Assembly: GCA_036677065.1 (NCBI GenBank)
Contig: JAKFBS010000002.1
Span: 416,001 to 480,000, forward strand
Reading direction: 5' to 3'
DNA: 64,000 nt
Origin: Bdellovibrio sp.
GTDB taxonomy: Bacteria > Bdellovibrionota > Bdellovibrionia > Bdellovibrionales > Bdellovibrionaceae
Of this stretch, positions 10,481 to 19,294 are shown one piece after another. The notes beneath the pieces are model-generated. The model saw nothing but the letters and a program-made list of their open reading frames with translations. It ran no database searches and was not told where the DNA came from. The stretch's first letter is position 1; every line of letters begins with the position of its first letter. Made by a program: the position numbers and the translations under genes.

Positions 10481-11146
10481 ATGAAAACTACACTAATCGG
10501 ATTGTTACTACTTTTATCAACTCAAAGCTTCGCACAAAAACCACCATCAGCGGCTGTTACCAGCGTACAAATCGATGGTTCTGGCTGTGAAGCTGGTTCT
10601 GCAAACGCGCTTATCACTTCAGACTTAAATTACTTAAGTGTATTATATGATCGCTTCTCTGTAGAACTTGGCAAAGGCACTGCAAACCCAGGTGATTCAA
10701 ACGACGAAAAATCTTGCTCGATCGTTGTAAATATCAACGTTCCTCATGGTTGGACTTTTGATTTCGATACAGTTGATTACCGCGGTTTTGTTGAAGTCAC
10801 AAACTCTGGCGCTTTAGGTTACCAATTCATTAAGGCTGAAATCGAAGGCGGAAGATCTTTTGGTTTTGAGCAAAAAGTATTTAAAGGTCCAATCAATAAA
10901 AATTACGTTGTGTCAGTTAAAAATCAAGCTCCCGGAATTTTCGGTAGCCTTGGTGGTATCGGTAAAATCGGCGGCGCAGTAGCTTGTTTATCTGGTGGTC
11001 AAAACATCCGTGTAAAAATCAAATCACAAATCGGCGTTAAGAGCTTAATTAAATTCTTAAAACCTAGAGCACGTCTAGTGATCGATTCAACAGACGCGTC
11101 TATGGCTCAAAAATTAAAATTCAACTGGAAACGTTGTGGCGGCTAG
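10481..11146 (+). CDS. secreted DUF4360-family protein
   Basis: Signal peptide; GSGC..GS, K.C.I.V.I.VP.GW.F...VDYRGF, W..C motifs. Confidence 0.75.
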   Translation: MKTTLIGLLLLLSTQSFAQKPPSAAVTSVQIDGSGCEAGSANALITSDLNYLSVLYDRFSVELGKGTANPGDSNDEKSCSIVVNINVPHGWTFDFDTVDYRGFVEVTNSGALGYQFIKAEIEGGRSFGFEQKVFKGPINKNYVVSVKNQAPGIFGSLGGIGKIGGAVACLSGGQNIRVKIKSQIGVKSLIKFLKPRARLVIDSTDASMAQKLKFNWKRCGG

Positions 11147-12634
11147 TTAGCTAATTTCTTTTACAGATGAAAACCGAAGAGGCAGCTTTGAATCAGCTGC
11201 CTTTTTGTATTCTTCGCCACCCAAAGTATGCACATGCAAAGAATTCGTTTTACCTTTTTCTGATAAAGGCTGACCTAAAGTGAAAATAATCTTATCACCC
11301 GTCTTACCTAAACCATTTTCAATTAACATCTGTTCAATTTGTGCGATGATATCTTTTAAATTCGTATAAGGTTTAAGAGCTAGAGTTTGCAAACCCCATA
11401 AAATTTCTAAACGATTTAACACTTCAATATCAGTTGTAACGGCAACAATTTGAGCTTTCGGGCGAAAGCTAGAAATAATTTGTGCGGTTTTACCTGAAGT
11501 CGTTAAACACACAATCGCTGAAGCATTTAATTTTAAGGCTGAAAGCGCAGAACTTGCTGCAATCGCAGCAGGCGTTGATAACAATTCATTTTCTAAAGAA
11601 ATTTTATAATAATTTTCTTCGTTCTTTTCAACTTCAAGAATGATTTCGTGCATAGTGCGGATCGCTTTAAACGGATATTTACCGCTGGCGCTTTCTGCAG
11701 ATAACATCAAGGCATCAGTGCCATCCAGCACGGCATTGGCCACATCTGTGATCTCGGCGCGCGTTGGGCGTGGATTTTCAACCATTGAATCCAGCATTTG
11801 AGTTGCTGTGATCACTGGTTTTCCTAATTGATTGCAAAGTTTAATAATTTTTTTCTGAGAACTTGGTAAACGACTTTGGCCAACTTCAACGGCTAAGTCT
11901 CCGCGAGCGACCATAACGACATCTGATAGGCGCACGATCTCTTCTAAATTTTCAAGAGCCTCTAACATTTCAATTTTAGCTACGATTTTGGCCGGTGATT
12001 TATGAGCGTCAATAATTTCACGTAATTGCCTGATATCTTTACCAAAACGCACGAAACTTAAAGCGATAAAATCTACGCCATGCTTCAAACCGAAATCTAA
12101 ATCTTTTAAATCTTTTTCAGTCATCGCTTCTACCGGAAGTAAAATGCCTGGCAAGTTCATGCCTTTACGGTTTTTTAAAATTCCGCCGTAGATCACTTTG
12201 GCTTCAAGCGCTTTTTCGCCGACTTTTAAAACTTCAAGCTCAATCAAGCCATCATCAATTAAAATTTTATTTCCAGGTTTAGCAGCCCTGCACAGCTCTT
12301 TGAAATCACTGGGGATTAAACCCTCTTTACCGAGCACGTCTTCGATAGTCACCGTGACCACTTGATTTTGCGCTAATGTGATTGAGCCTTTTTCAAAAAG
12401 ACCAACACGCACCTTAGGGCCTTGTAAGTCTTGTAAGATGGTGACCGGCGCATTTAATTCAATCGATTTTGCACGTACGGCGTGAATCACTTTTAAATGA
12501 TCTTCATGAGTGCCATGGCTAAAGTTAAGCCTGGCTACGTTCATGCCGGCGCGAATGGCTTGGGCGATATTTTCAGGGTCTTGAGTTGCTGGTCCGATTG
12601 TGGCTACGATTTTTGCTCTACGATGTGCTAACAT
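11147..12634 (-). CDS. pyk: pyruvate kinase
   Basis: KIVATIGP, RLNFSHG, MVARGDL, TATQMLDSM. Confidence 0.97.
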   Translation of the reverse strand: MLAHRRAKIVATIGPATQDPENIAQAIRAGMNVARLNFSHGTHEDHLKVIHAVRAKSIELNAPVTILQDLQGPKVRVGLFEKGSITLAQNQVVTVTIEDVLGKEGLIPSDFKELCRAAKPGNKILIDDGLIELEVLKVGEKALEAKVIYGGILKNRKGMNLPGILLPVEAMTEKDLKDLDFGLKHGVDFIALSFVRFGKDIRQLREIIDAHKSPAKIVAKIEMLEALENLEEIVRLSDVVMVARGDLAVEVGQSRLPSSQKKIIKLCNQLGKPVITATQMLDSMVENPRPTRAEITDVANAVLDGTDALMLSAESASGKYPFKAIRTMHEIILEVEKNEENYYKISLENELLSTPAAIAASSALSALKLNASAIVCLTTSGKTAQIISSFRPKAQIVAVTTDIEVLNRLEILWGLQTLALKPYTNLKDIIAQIEQMLIENGLGKTGDKIIFTLGQPLSEKGKTNSLHVHTLGGEEYKKAADSKLPLRFSSVKEIS

Positions 12635-12651
12635 TGAATCACAATAGCGAT

Positions 12652-13320
12652 TTACTGAACGAAAGTCCTCTTAAAAAAAGTTTCTTTGTTTTTTCGCTGT
12701 TGTTCACGAATACGACGGGCACGGTCGGCTTCTTGTTTTTTCTGTTCTTCAACAGAAGCAATTCGGCGGTTTAAAATCTGCTTATGCACAGCCACATCCT
12801 GCTTGAAGCTTTTATTGTAAATAGGCGAAATGTTTTTGTATTCAGCTTTTAAGGTATCAACACTATTATAAAAACCAGCTAACTTTTTAATAAACGGTTC
12901 GCGGTCTAAAAGATATCTTTCAGTCTCGCCGTCACTAAACTTAAAGACATAAAAATCCTTACCATCTATCACTTCGATCTGGCCTTTGGTAATATCAGCA
13001 TAAGATGGAAATTTAGTCAGTGGAACACCTTTTACATGCACAGTACTATTTGTACCCAGCACAATGAAGCCACCAACAACAGGCTCAAGATTGAGTTGTG
13101 CAAAGTCAGTAATTTTAACGACCGCATTTTTTAGGAATACGAAGCTTGTTTGGTTAATGACTGATTTATGACGAGAAATTGATTTAATGGTGCAAGGCAG
13201 AGTTTGTTTTACGTAACAATCAGCTGGTTGACTTACGATTTTATCATCTTTAACCGCCACAGCTTTAGCCATTGCATTAAAAGATGAAAATAAAAGAAAT
13301 GCCGCCACAAGTTGTTTCAT
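12652..13320 (-). CDS. secreted hypothetical protein
   Basis: Signal peptide ending AMA, C-terminal coiled coil. Confidence 0.7.
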   Translation of the reverse strand: MKQLVAAFLLFSSFNAMAKAVAVKDDKIVSQPADCYVKQTLPCTIKSISRHKSVINQTSFVFLKNAVVKITDFAQLNLEPVVGGFIVLGTNSTVHVKGVPLTKFPSYADITKGQIEVIDGKDFYVFKFSDGETERYLLDREPFIKKLAGFYNSVDTLKAEYKNISPIYNKSFKQDVAVHKQILNRRIASVEEQKKQEADRARRIREQQRKNKETFFKRTFVQ

Positions 13321-13321
13321 A

Positions 13322-13930
13322 TTATTCTACCTTTAACCCACCGAAATCGCTCTTAAGAATTCCTTCAATTTTGCGTGAATCTTCTTTGCGATTTAGCAAT
13401 GAGTACGACTTTGATAACCACTGAAGGCCCTTACCCGTCCAATAAGACTCTGGATAGCGCAAGACCATATTATCCAACGTATCAATGCACACCTCAGACA
13501 ATTTTAAATTAGAACACTGAAGCGCAATTGATTCGTAATCAGCACGCGCTAAATACTCATCATTGGCTGTAGATTTTTTAATTTTTTCAACCATGACCAA
13601 AGCTTCTTTGAATTTTTTCTTTTGCTTTAGCTCGGTCACGCGCATGAAATAAAATTCAGATAGATCAACATCTTTATGTTTTATTTTAGATAATGACTTT
13701 TGCACATCAGAGTCAACTGAAGCGATGCCACGCACATTAGAATGACTTGAACTGTTTAGCTCAGCTAATTGAATTTCCAGCTTTTTTTGTTCTAAAGCCT
13801 GCGACAAGAACTGGATGCGTTTTTTGTCGATTTCTGAGCCCTCTATATAAATGTCAAAACAAATATAAAATGACGATAGGCCAAATAATAGAAATAAGCT
13901 TAAAAATAGATATTGATAGCTTCTGCTCAT
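13322..13930 (-). CDS. membrane-anchored TPR-like hypothetical protein
   Basis: N-terminal TM helix, helical repeats with a YP.S motif. Confidence 0.65.
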   Translation of the reverse strand: MSRSYQYLFLSLFLLFGLSSFYICFDIYIEGSEIDKKRIQFLSQALEQKKLEIQLAELNSSSHSNVRGIASVDSDVQKSLSKIKHKDVDLSEFYFMRVTELKQKKKFKEALVMVEKIKKSTANDEYLARADYESIALQCSNLKLSEVCIDTLDNMVLRYPESYWTGKGLQWLSKSYSLLNRKEDSRKIEGILKSDFGGLKVE

Positions 13931-13937
13931 GTATCAC

Positions 13938-13964
13938 ATTTCGGCAATTATAAGACTAAAGTTA
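13938..13964 (-). promoter_or_regulatory. sigma28 (FliA)-like promoter
   Basis: TAAC-N15-GCCGAAAT, 7 nt before ATG 13930. Confidence 0.6.
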
Positions 13965-14054
13965 AGAAATTCCTTAATGTTATGCAGAAAAAGATGACTG
14001 AAAACCAGTAACTCATTAGGTTCATAGTTCGCATTTACAGTGTTTGGGGAGTCG

Positions 14055-14342
14055 ATGAACAAAGCAGAGTTAGTTAGCGCAGTTTCTGATAAAACTAAAC
14101 TTTCAAAGTCTCAAGTTGAGACAATGATCAATACTACATTAGAAGTTATCCAAAAAACCGTTTCTAAAGGCGAAGAGGTTAAAATCGTAGGTTTTGGCTC
14201 TTTTCAAGTACAAGCCCGCAAAGCCAAAACTGGCCGTAATCCAAAAACTGGTGAAACTCATAAAATTCCAGAATGCTCTATTCCCCGCTTCAAGCCCGGC
14301 AAAGAATTTAAAACTCTTGTTGGCAAAAAGAAAGCTACCTAG
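14055..14342 (+). CDS. hup: DNA-binding protein HU
   Basis: MNKAELV..., GFGSF, GRNPKTG, PRFKPGK; ATG 14055 follows a GGGGAG RBS. Confidence 0.93.
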   Translation: MNKAELVSAVSDKTKLSKSQVETMINTTLEVIQKTVSKGEEVKIVGFGSFQVQARKAKTGRNPKTGETHKIPECSIPRFKPGKEFKTLVGKKKAT

Positions 14343-14345
14343 AAC

Positions 14346-15932
14346 TTAAAATTTATCAAATTTAGATTTAAAAGCCGATGGCCATGAATCGATGATTTCA
14401 ACCGTCTCGTAATACGATTGAACAAACAACTTACCCTGTAAATCTTTTAACAAAAGCTGTTTGTGCTGCGGTAATTTTAATATTTTCTTTTGAAACGCGG
14501 TATAGACTTTTTCACCCATAATACCACCCAAAATATTTGCGGCCGTAACATGGCTTTTTTTATTTCTTAGGCTTGATTTTTTCTTATTCAAAAATGATAA
14601 ATCCTGAAACGTCGCAAAACGCACTTCGTTTAATTTCTGCTCTAAGGCCAACACTAAAGCTTCTTTACCTTTATCAGAAAACTGCTCTGATCTTAAGGCT
14701 GTTCTTATATCATCAAAAGTGTCTGTTTTCTTCTTCGGATTGATAATCTTAGTTAAAAAATAGGTCAGCATTTCAAGCCAGATGTTTTTTAAAAAATCTT
14801 TTTTGCCATCGATGATAGATTTTTTATAAACACCCAATTTATACAACACAAAAAGAGCCGCCACTTTTGAAATCTGATTTAACGAAGGGCGCGCCACAAA
14901 ACCCATTTGCTGTTCTGGACAATAAAAAGACTGGCCCGACAGCAACAGTTCTTTATAATAAGCGCGCTCTAACGCCGGAAGTTTTTGAATTTTATTAAAT
15001 AGAACTTCGTCATTAACTGAATACACACTCAAATCATCAACTTTAATATGAATATTCAACATTTTATTTAAAACTTCTACCGCTTGCGAAACGTGATCAG
15101 TTAAATCGTAATCATCAACTTTAATTTTTTTATCGTGTCCGGTCTCAAGGTAGAGTAAATAATCCTGCCATTTTACCCATGGTAATACCGACATCAAGGC
15201 CCAGCGATTGGCTGATAATTTAACAAAATCAGCGCTGGATGGATCTTTATGCTTTTTTAATAATTTAAAGTACAGATTTTCAGGGCTTTGCAACAAAACG
15301 ACTTCTGAAAGTTTACGATTAACTTTTCGCACTTCTTGCGGAAGATGCTTACTAGCCAAATGAAAATCACCGAATTGCACTAACATCTTACGTGTGGAAT
15401 TAGTTTTAATCGCCGTATTGATTAAACCTGCCGTAAAACGATCTTGGTCTGCAAACTTTCGTTTGGTCATCGAATTCAGGGCTACGATCGGTACTTTATT
15501 TTGACTGGCCCATTTCATTAATGGGCGCGTAAACTCCCACGGAAATCCCCAAGTTTTCTTCCATTCAATTTTTTTTAAAAATTCACGCTCATTCAGATGA
15601 CCAGATAAATAGGCATTTAACACTTTTTGATGTTCTATAAAAAAACACTCTAACCCTAAGCACACATTTTGAGCGCCAAGCTTGCGCGCGATCCTAAGAA
15701 CAGCTCTGGTTGACTGTGCTTGGGCGTGAAAATCGCCAATATATACAATTTGGCTTTTATCCATCTGTTTAAACAGCTCTTGTTTACGCCCGATTTCCCA
15801 TTGCGAGCGATTAAGCTCCTGCTCGTACTCTTGCTGATATTTTTGAATTGAGCGCGTTTGATTCCCGATTAAATCTTCAACCTTGCTGCGAATTCTCATG
15901 TAGTAGTCGTACTTAACTTTAACCAGAGGCAT
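14346..15932 (-). CDS. ChaN-like domain-containing hypothetical protein
   Basis: VYIGDFH, LGLECF..EHQ..L..YL.G.L.E.EFL...W...WGF.W pattern. Confidence 0.6.
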   Translation of the reverse strand: MPLVKVKYDYYMRIRSKVEDLIGNQTRSIQKYQQEYEQELNRSQWEIGRKQELFKQMDKSQIVYIGDFHAQAQSTRAVLRIARKLGAQNVCLGLECFFIEHQKVLNAYLSGHLNEREFLKKIEWKKTWGFPWEFTRPLMKWASQNKVPIVALNSMTKRKFADQDRFTAGLINTAIKTNSTRKMLVQFGDFHLASKHLPQEVRKVNRKLSEVVLLQSPENLYFKLLKKHKDPSSADFVKLSANRWALMSVLPWVKWQDYLLYLETGHDKKIKVDDYDLTDHVSQAVEVLNKMLNIHIKVDDLSVYSVNDEVLFNKIQKLPALERAYYKELLLSGQSFYCPEQQMGFVARPSLNQISKVAALFVLYKLGVYKKSIIDGKKDFLKNIWLEMLTYFLTKIINPKKKTDTFDDIRTALRSEQFSDKGKEALVLALEQKLNEVRFATFQDLSFLNKKKSSLRNKKSHVTAANILGGIMGEKVYTAFQKKILKLPQHKQLLLKDLQGKLFVQSYYETVEIIDSWPSAFKSKFDKF

Positions 15933-16012
15933 TGCACTATGTTAATAAATGATTGCTTGATTTCAACCTTTAATCGTCAAAAGATAATATTTAATTCTAA
16001 GGAACCTGATAT

Positions 16013-17179
16013 ATGAGTAAAAAATTAAACTTTCTGCTTTTGAGTTTTATCGCATCCGCTGGCGTTTATGCCTACCTTTCATACCATCATTACATGGTTA
16101 AATTAGGTCTTGGCGGCACAAGTCTTTGCCAAGTCAGCGATACGATCAACTGTGACGTGGCAGCACTAAGCCAGTACGCCGAAATCCTAAACATTCCCAT
16201 CGCTGTTATTGGACTGAGTTATTCAATTATTATGTTAGGCGTTTTTCTTTTCGCCAAATTTGGTTGGTTTGAAGAAAGCGAAGGCTACCAAACTATCGTG
16301 AAGGGCTTAACTGCATTTTCAGCGCTTGTTTCTTTAGTCTTGTTAGGCATTTCAATTATGCAACTTAAAGTATTTTGCCCGTTCTGTATTGCGGGTTATG
16401 TACTTTCTTTTGTGATCGTGTTTTTAACTTGGTCACTTTATTCTGATACTAAATTTAGTTTAAATTTTTCGGTATTATCTGCAGAAAAAGGAATTCTAGG
16501 CACACTACTAGCGGTGCCCCTGTTAGCTTGGTTTATTTCAGGTTCAGTGCGCGACAATTACGGTTTAGATCAAATGCAAAAAATCGTTCCTGAAAAAATT
16601 TTTCAATGGCAAAAATCTCCGGTCGTCACGTTTGATGATACTGTTGGACTAATTAAAGGCAGCACTGAAGCCACAGCTCCAGTACTTGTTGAATTTGCTG
16701 ACTTTAAATGTCCACACTGCAAATCTGCTGCTAATACGATCAAAAATTACTTATCCGGCAATAAAAATGTGAAAATGGTTTTCAAACCCTACCCGCTTGA
16801 TGGCGTTTGTAATCCGCACATGCCACAAAAAGGCGATGGCTCACGTTGTGAATTAGCCGGCTGGGCATTATGTGGCGAAAAATTATTTTCAAAAGGCTGG
16901 GATGTTCACTACTGGATTTTTGATCACCAAGAAGCCATGATGCATGATTCAGACTTATCTTCACACTTAACAGCAATGGGTAAAGATCTGGGCATTGATA
17001 CCGCACAACTTAAAACTTGCGCTACCTCAGCCGAAACTTACGACATCATCAAAAAAAGTGCTGCTGAAGGTGAAGCTGCTAAAATCACTGGAACACCGGC
17101 AATTTTTGTTAATGGCAAAAAACTGGAATACGGCCAATTTATTGACGTACTTCGTGGTGCTATTCAAACTTTGAAATAA
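16013..17179 (+). CDS. VKOR-DsbA (thioredoxin) fusion disulfide-bond formation protein
   Basis: VKOR loop cysteines and CPFC; DsbA-like EFADFKCPHC and GTP motifs. Confidence 0.9.
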   Translation: MSKKLNFLLLSFIASAGVYAYLSYHHYMVKLGLGGTSLCQVSDTINCDVAALSQYAEILNIPIAVIGLSYSIIMLGVFLFAKFGWFEESEGYQTIVKGLTAFSALVSLVLLGISIMQLKVFCPFCIAGYVLSFVIVFLTWSLYSDTKFSLNFSVLSAEKGILGTLLAVPLLAWFISGSVRDNYGLDQMQKIVPEKIFQWQKSPVVTFDDTVGLIKGSTEATAPVLVEFADFKCPHCKSAANTIKNYLSGNKNVKMVFKPYPLDGVCNPHMPQKGDGSRCELAGWALCGEKLFSKGWDVHYWIFDHQEAMMHDSDLSSHLTAMGKDLGIDTAQLKTCATSAETYDIIKKSAAEGEAAKITGTPAIFVNGKKLEYGQFIDVLRGAIQTLK

Positions 17180-17182
17180 TAA

Positions 17183-17734
17183 TTATTCGATATTAAAAAA
17201 TTTAAATACGAATTCTAAGGACTTATTCAAATAATCATCAAACACGATGAAAAAAGTTGCGCCAAGTCCTTCGAATATTTCAATCACAACGGCTGAAATC
17301 ACAACAACTACTGTTGAAAACCAAACTGCTTTAACTAACATTGTTGTCGATTTAATATCTGATAGGCGCAATTCTTCCTGGCAAGTTTCTATTTTGCGCA
17401 TGACTGATTTTAACTCTTGAAAATGGTCACGGTATCTTTCACGCAATTCACTTTGTTTTGATTTTGTAAGTAGGCTCAGACCCGGAAAATTTCTTTTCGT
17501 GCGAATGGCAAAAATTAAATCGATCGCATGATTTACATAGCGGTCAATACGTTCTTTAAAATTCGGGTAATCAGAATCTCGTTCTAAAAAATCTTTTAAA
17601 TAGTTGATGGCACGGTCATATTCTTCGTTCACTACAAACGTTAAAACGTTGTAGCGAACTGTATCCGGCACGCCCAGATCACTGATATCCAGATCGTTGA
17701 CGGCTCGCTTATCTTTAAATGACATTGCACCCAT
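17183..17734 (-). CDS. hypothetical membrane protein
   Basis: C-terminal TM segment; start probably ATG 17734 or 17725, after a sigma28-like box. Confidence 0.7.
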   Translation of the reverse strand: MGAMSFKDKRAVNDLDISDLGVPDTVRYNVLTFVVNEEYDRAINYLKDFLERDSDYPNFKERIDRYVNHAIDLIFAIRTKRNFPGLSLLTKSKQSELRERYRDHFQELKSVMRKIETCQEELRLSDIKSTTMLVKAVWFSTVVVVISAVVIEIFEGLGATFFIVFDDYLNKSLEFVFKFFNIE

Positions 17735-17741
17735 AAGGCTT

Positions 17742-17768
17742 ATATCGGCCTTTGAGAGGCAAAACTGG
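17742..17768 (-). promoter_or_regulatory. sigma28-like promoter
   Basis: CCAG-N15-GCCGATAT; strong -10, weak -35. Confidence 0.5.
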
Positions 17769-17876
17769 AGCAAAATCTCGGGATTTAAGTCTAGTTTTAT
17801 GGGTTAAAGGCCTGATCCTATTTCGGGTCGAGGTCTGGCTATGTGATAATTAAGACTGTTACTTCAGGAGGAAGTT

Positions 17877-18899
17877 ATGGATTTTGAACTTAAGCATTTA
17901 GAAATGGTTCAAGGTGATACTCAATCCGCACGCGCACAGGATGTGACTCGTTCGATTGGCTCTTCACAAGTTTTAGAAGACTTAACCGGTCAAATCGAAG
18001 AACTTCAGAGTAAAATTAAAGTCAGCTATCGTAAATTATTACTATACGAAACTGAAAATCAAAAATTAATTCAGGAAAAGAACTCTTTCTTTTTCGAAAA
18101 TAAAGTTTTTGCTGAACATAATTCTATTTTAATTGAAAAAAATAAAATTTTACAAAGCACGCACGATGAAATGGCAACGTCGATCGAGAAAAAAACTCTT
18201 AAAATCGAAATCGCCGAAAAACTTATCGAAGCGCAAAAAACTGATTTAGGCCGTCTTTCTAAGTTTCACGAAAAAGTTAAAAACATCATCAAACCGTTTG
18301 TTGAAAATCTAAAGCAACAGATCACGGTTTTGACTGCTGAAAATGCGCAAAAAACACGCCTTATCACTCAGTTAGAAACTTACCAGGCTGAATTACAATT
18401 AAACATCACAGTCCAAGCTCAAACTATCGAGACAAATTCGAATCGCTATGCGCACGAGAAAAAATCTTTGATTCAAAGTTACGAAGAACAAATTCACTTT
18501 TTATCAAAAGAGATCGTCGAACAGCAACAAAGAACACTTGATGCTAATAACGAGAACTTACGTCTTAAAAAACAAGTTGAAACGAAACATTTCGTAGAAA
18601 ATGAGCTTGTTAAGTACAAACGCGTACAAGACGAAAATATCCAAACTGTGAACGCGTTACGCTTAAAAGAAAACGAATTAAGTCGCCAATTAACAGAGAG
18701 TCATGTTTCAGAATCTAATCATAAAAACCAGATGATTAACATGACTGGCGAAATGGAACGCCAACGCGAATTGCTTGACGCCACTAGAAAACAATTAAGT
18801 CACAAAATCACAGAAGTTGAAGATTTAACATTGCGACTTAAAATGTTAGAAAAGCTAAACTCTAATCTTTCTTTAAATTTAAAAGATCATCAGACCTAA
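17877..18899 (+). CDS. long coiled-coil protein
   Basis: AGGAGG RBS; 340 aa rich in E/K/Q/L heptads and almost free of proline. Confidence 0.8.
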   Translation: MDFELKHLEMVQGDTQSARAQDVTRSIGSSQVLEDLTGQIEELQSKIKVSYRKLLLYETENQKLIQEKNSFFFENKVFAEHNSILIEKNKILQSTHDEMATSIEKKTLKIEIAEKLIEAQKTDLGRLSKFHEKVKNIIKPFVENLKQQITVLTAENAQKTRLITQLETYQAELQLNITVQAQTIETNSNRYAHEKKSLIQSYEEQIHFLSKEIVEQQQRTLDANNENLRLKKQVETKHFVENELVKYKRVQDENIQTVNALRLKENELSRQLTESHVSESNHKNQMINMTGEMERQRELLDATRKQLSHKITEVEDLTLRLKMLEKLNSNLSLNLKDHQT

Positions 18900-19200
18900 T
18901 AGCGTCTGATAGAGTCGAATAGGTCTTCATACTCATGCCTTTAAGCTCTAAAAGGCGATAAAAGTCATGCTGAAGGCCTACAATTTTAGCTTCTGGAATC
19001 ACATTAATTGATTCAAAAAACGTGGTAATATTGGCTGACGCCGTGAAGTTTAACCCATCAAGGCAAAATACGACCTTGCGGCCTTTAAGCTTTTGTTCAC
19101 ACACATCTCTAAATGGTTTATTTTGATCTGGCTCGATTCGGCCTTTTATTTCAACAACAGTAACAGTGCCTACTTCATAGAACTTTGCTTGCATATTCAC
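18862..19200 (-). CDS. STAS domain protein (anti-sigma factor antagonist-like)
   Basis: VVEIKGRI...KVVF.L.GLNF..S pattern. Confidence 0.7.
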   Translation of the reverse strand: MNMQAKFYEVGTVTVVEIKGRIEPDQNKPFRDVCEQKLKGRKVVFCLDGLNFTASANITTFFESINVIPEAKIVGLQHDFYRLLELKGMSMKTYSTLSDAIRSDDLLNLKKD

Positions 19201-19294
19201 CCGCCTATTAGGCTTATCGTTTTTATTAGAAATAAGTGAATAGACCTCAGTCTTGAAGTGACAAATAATTATTCTCTTTTTAGACTTTTACTCA

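Noticed and set aside
16013..17179. VKOR-DsbA fusion as a novelty
   Set aside because: An established architecture in several bacterial phyla.
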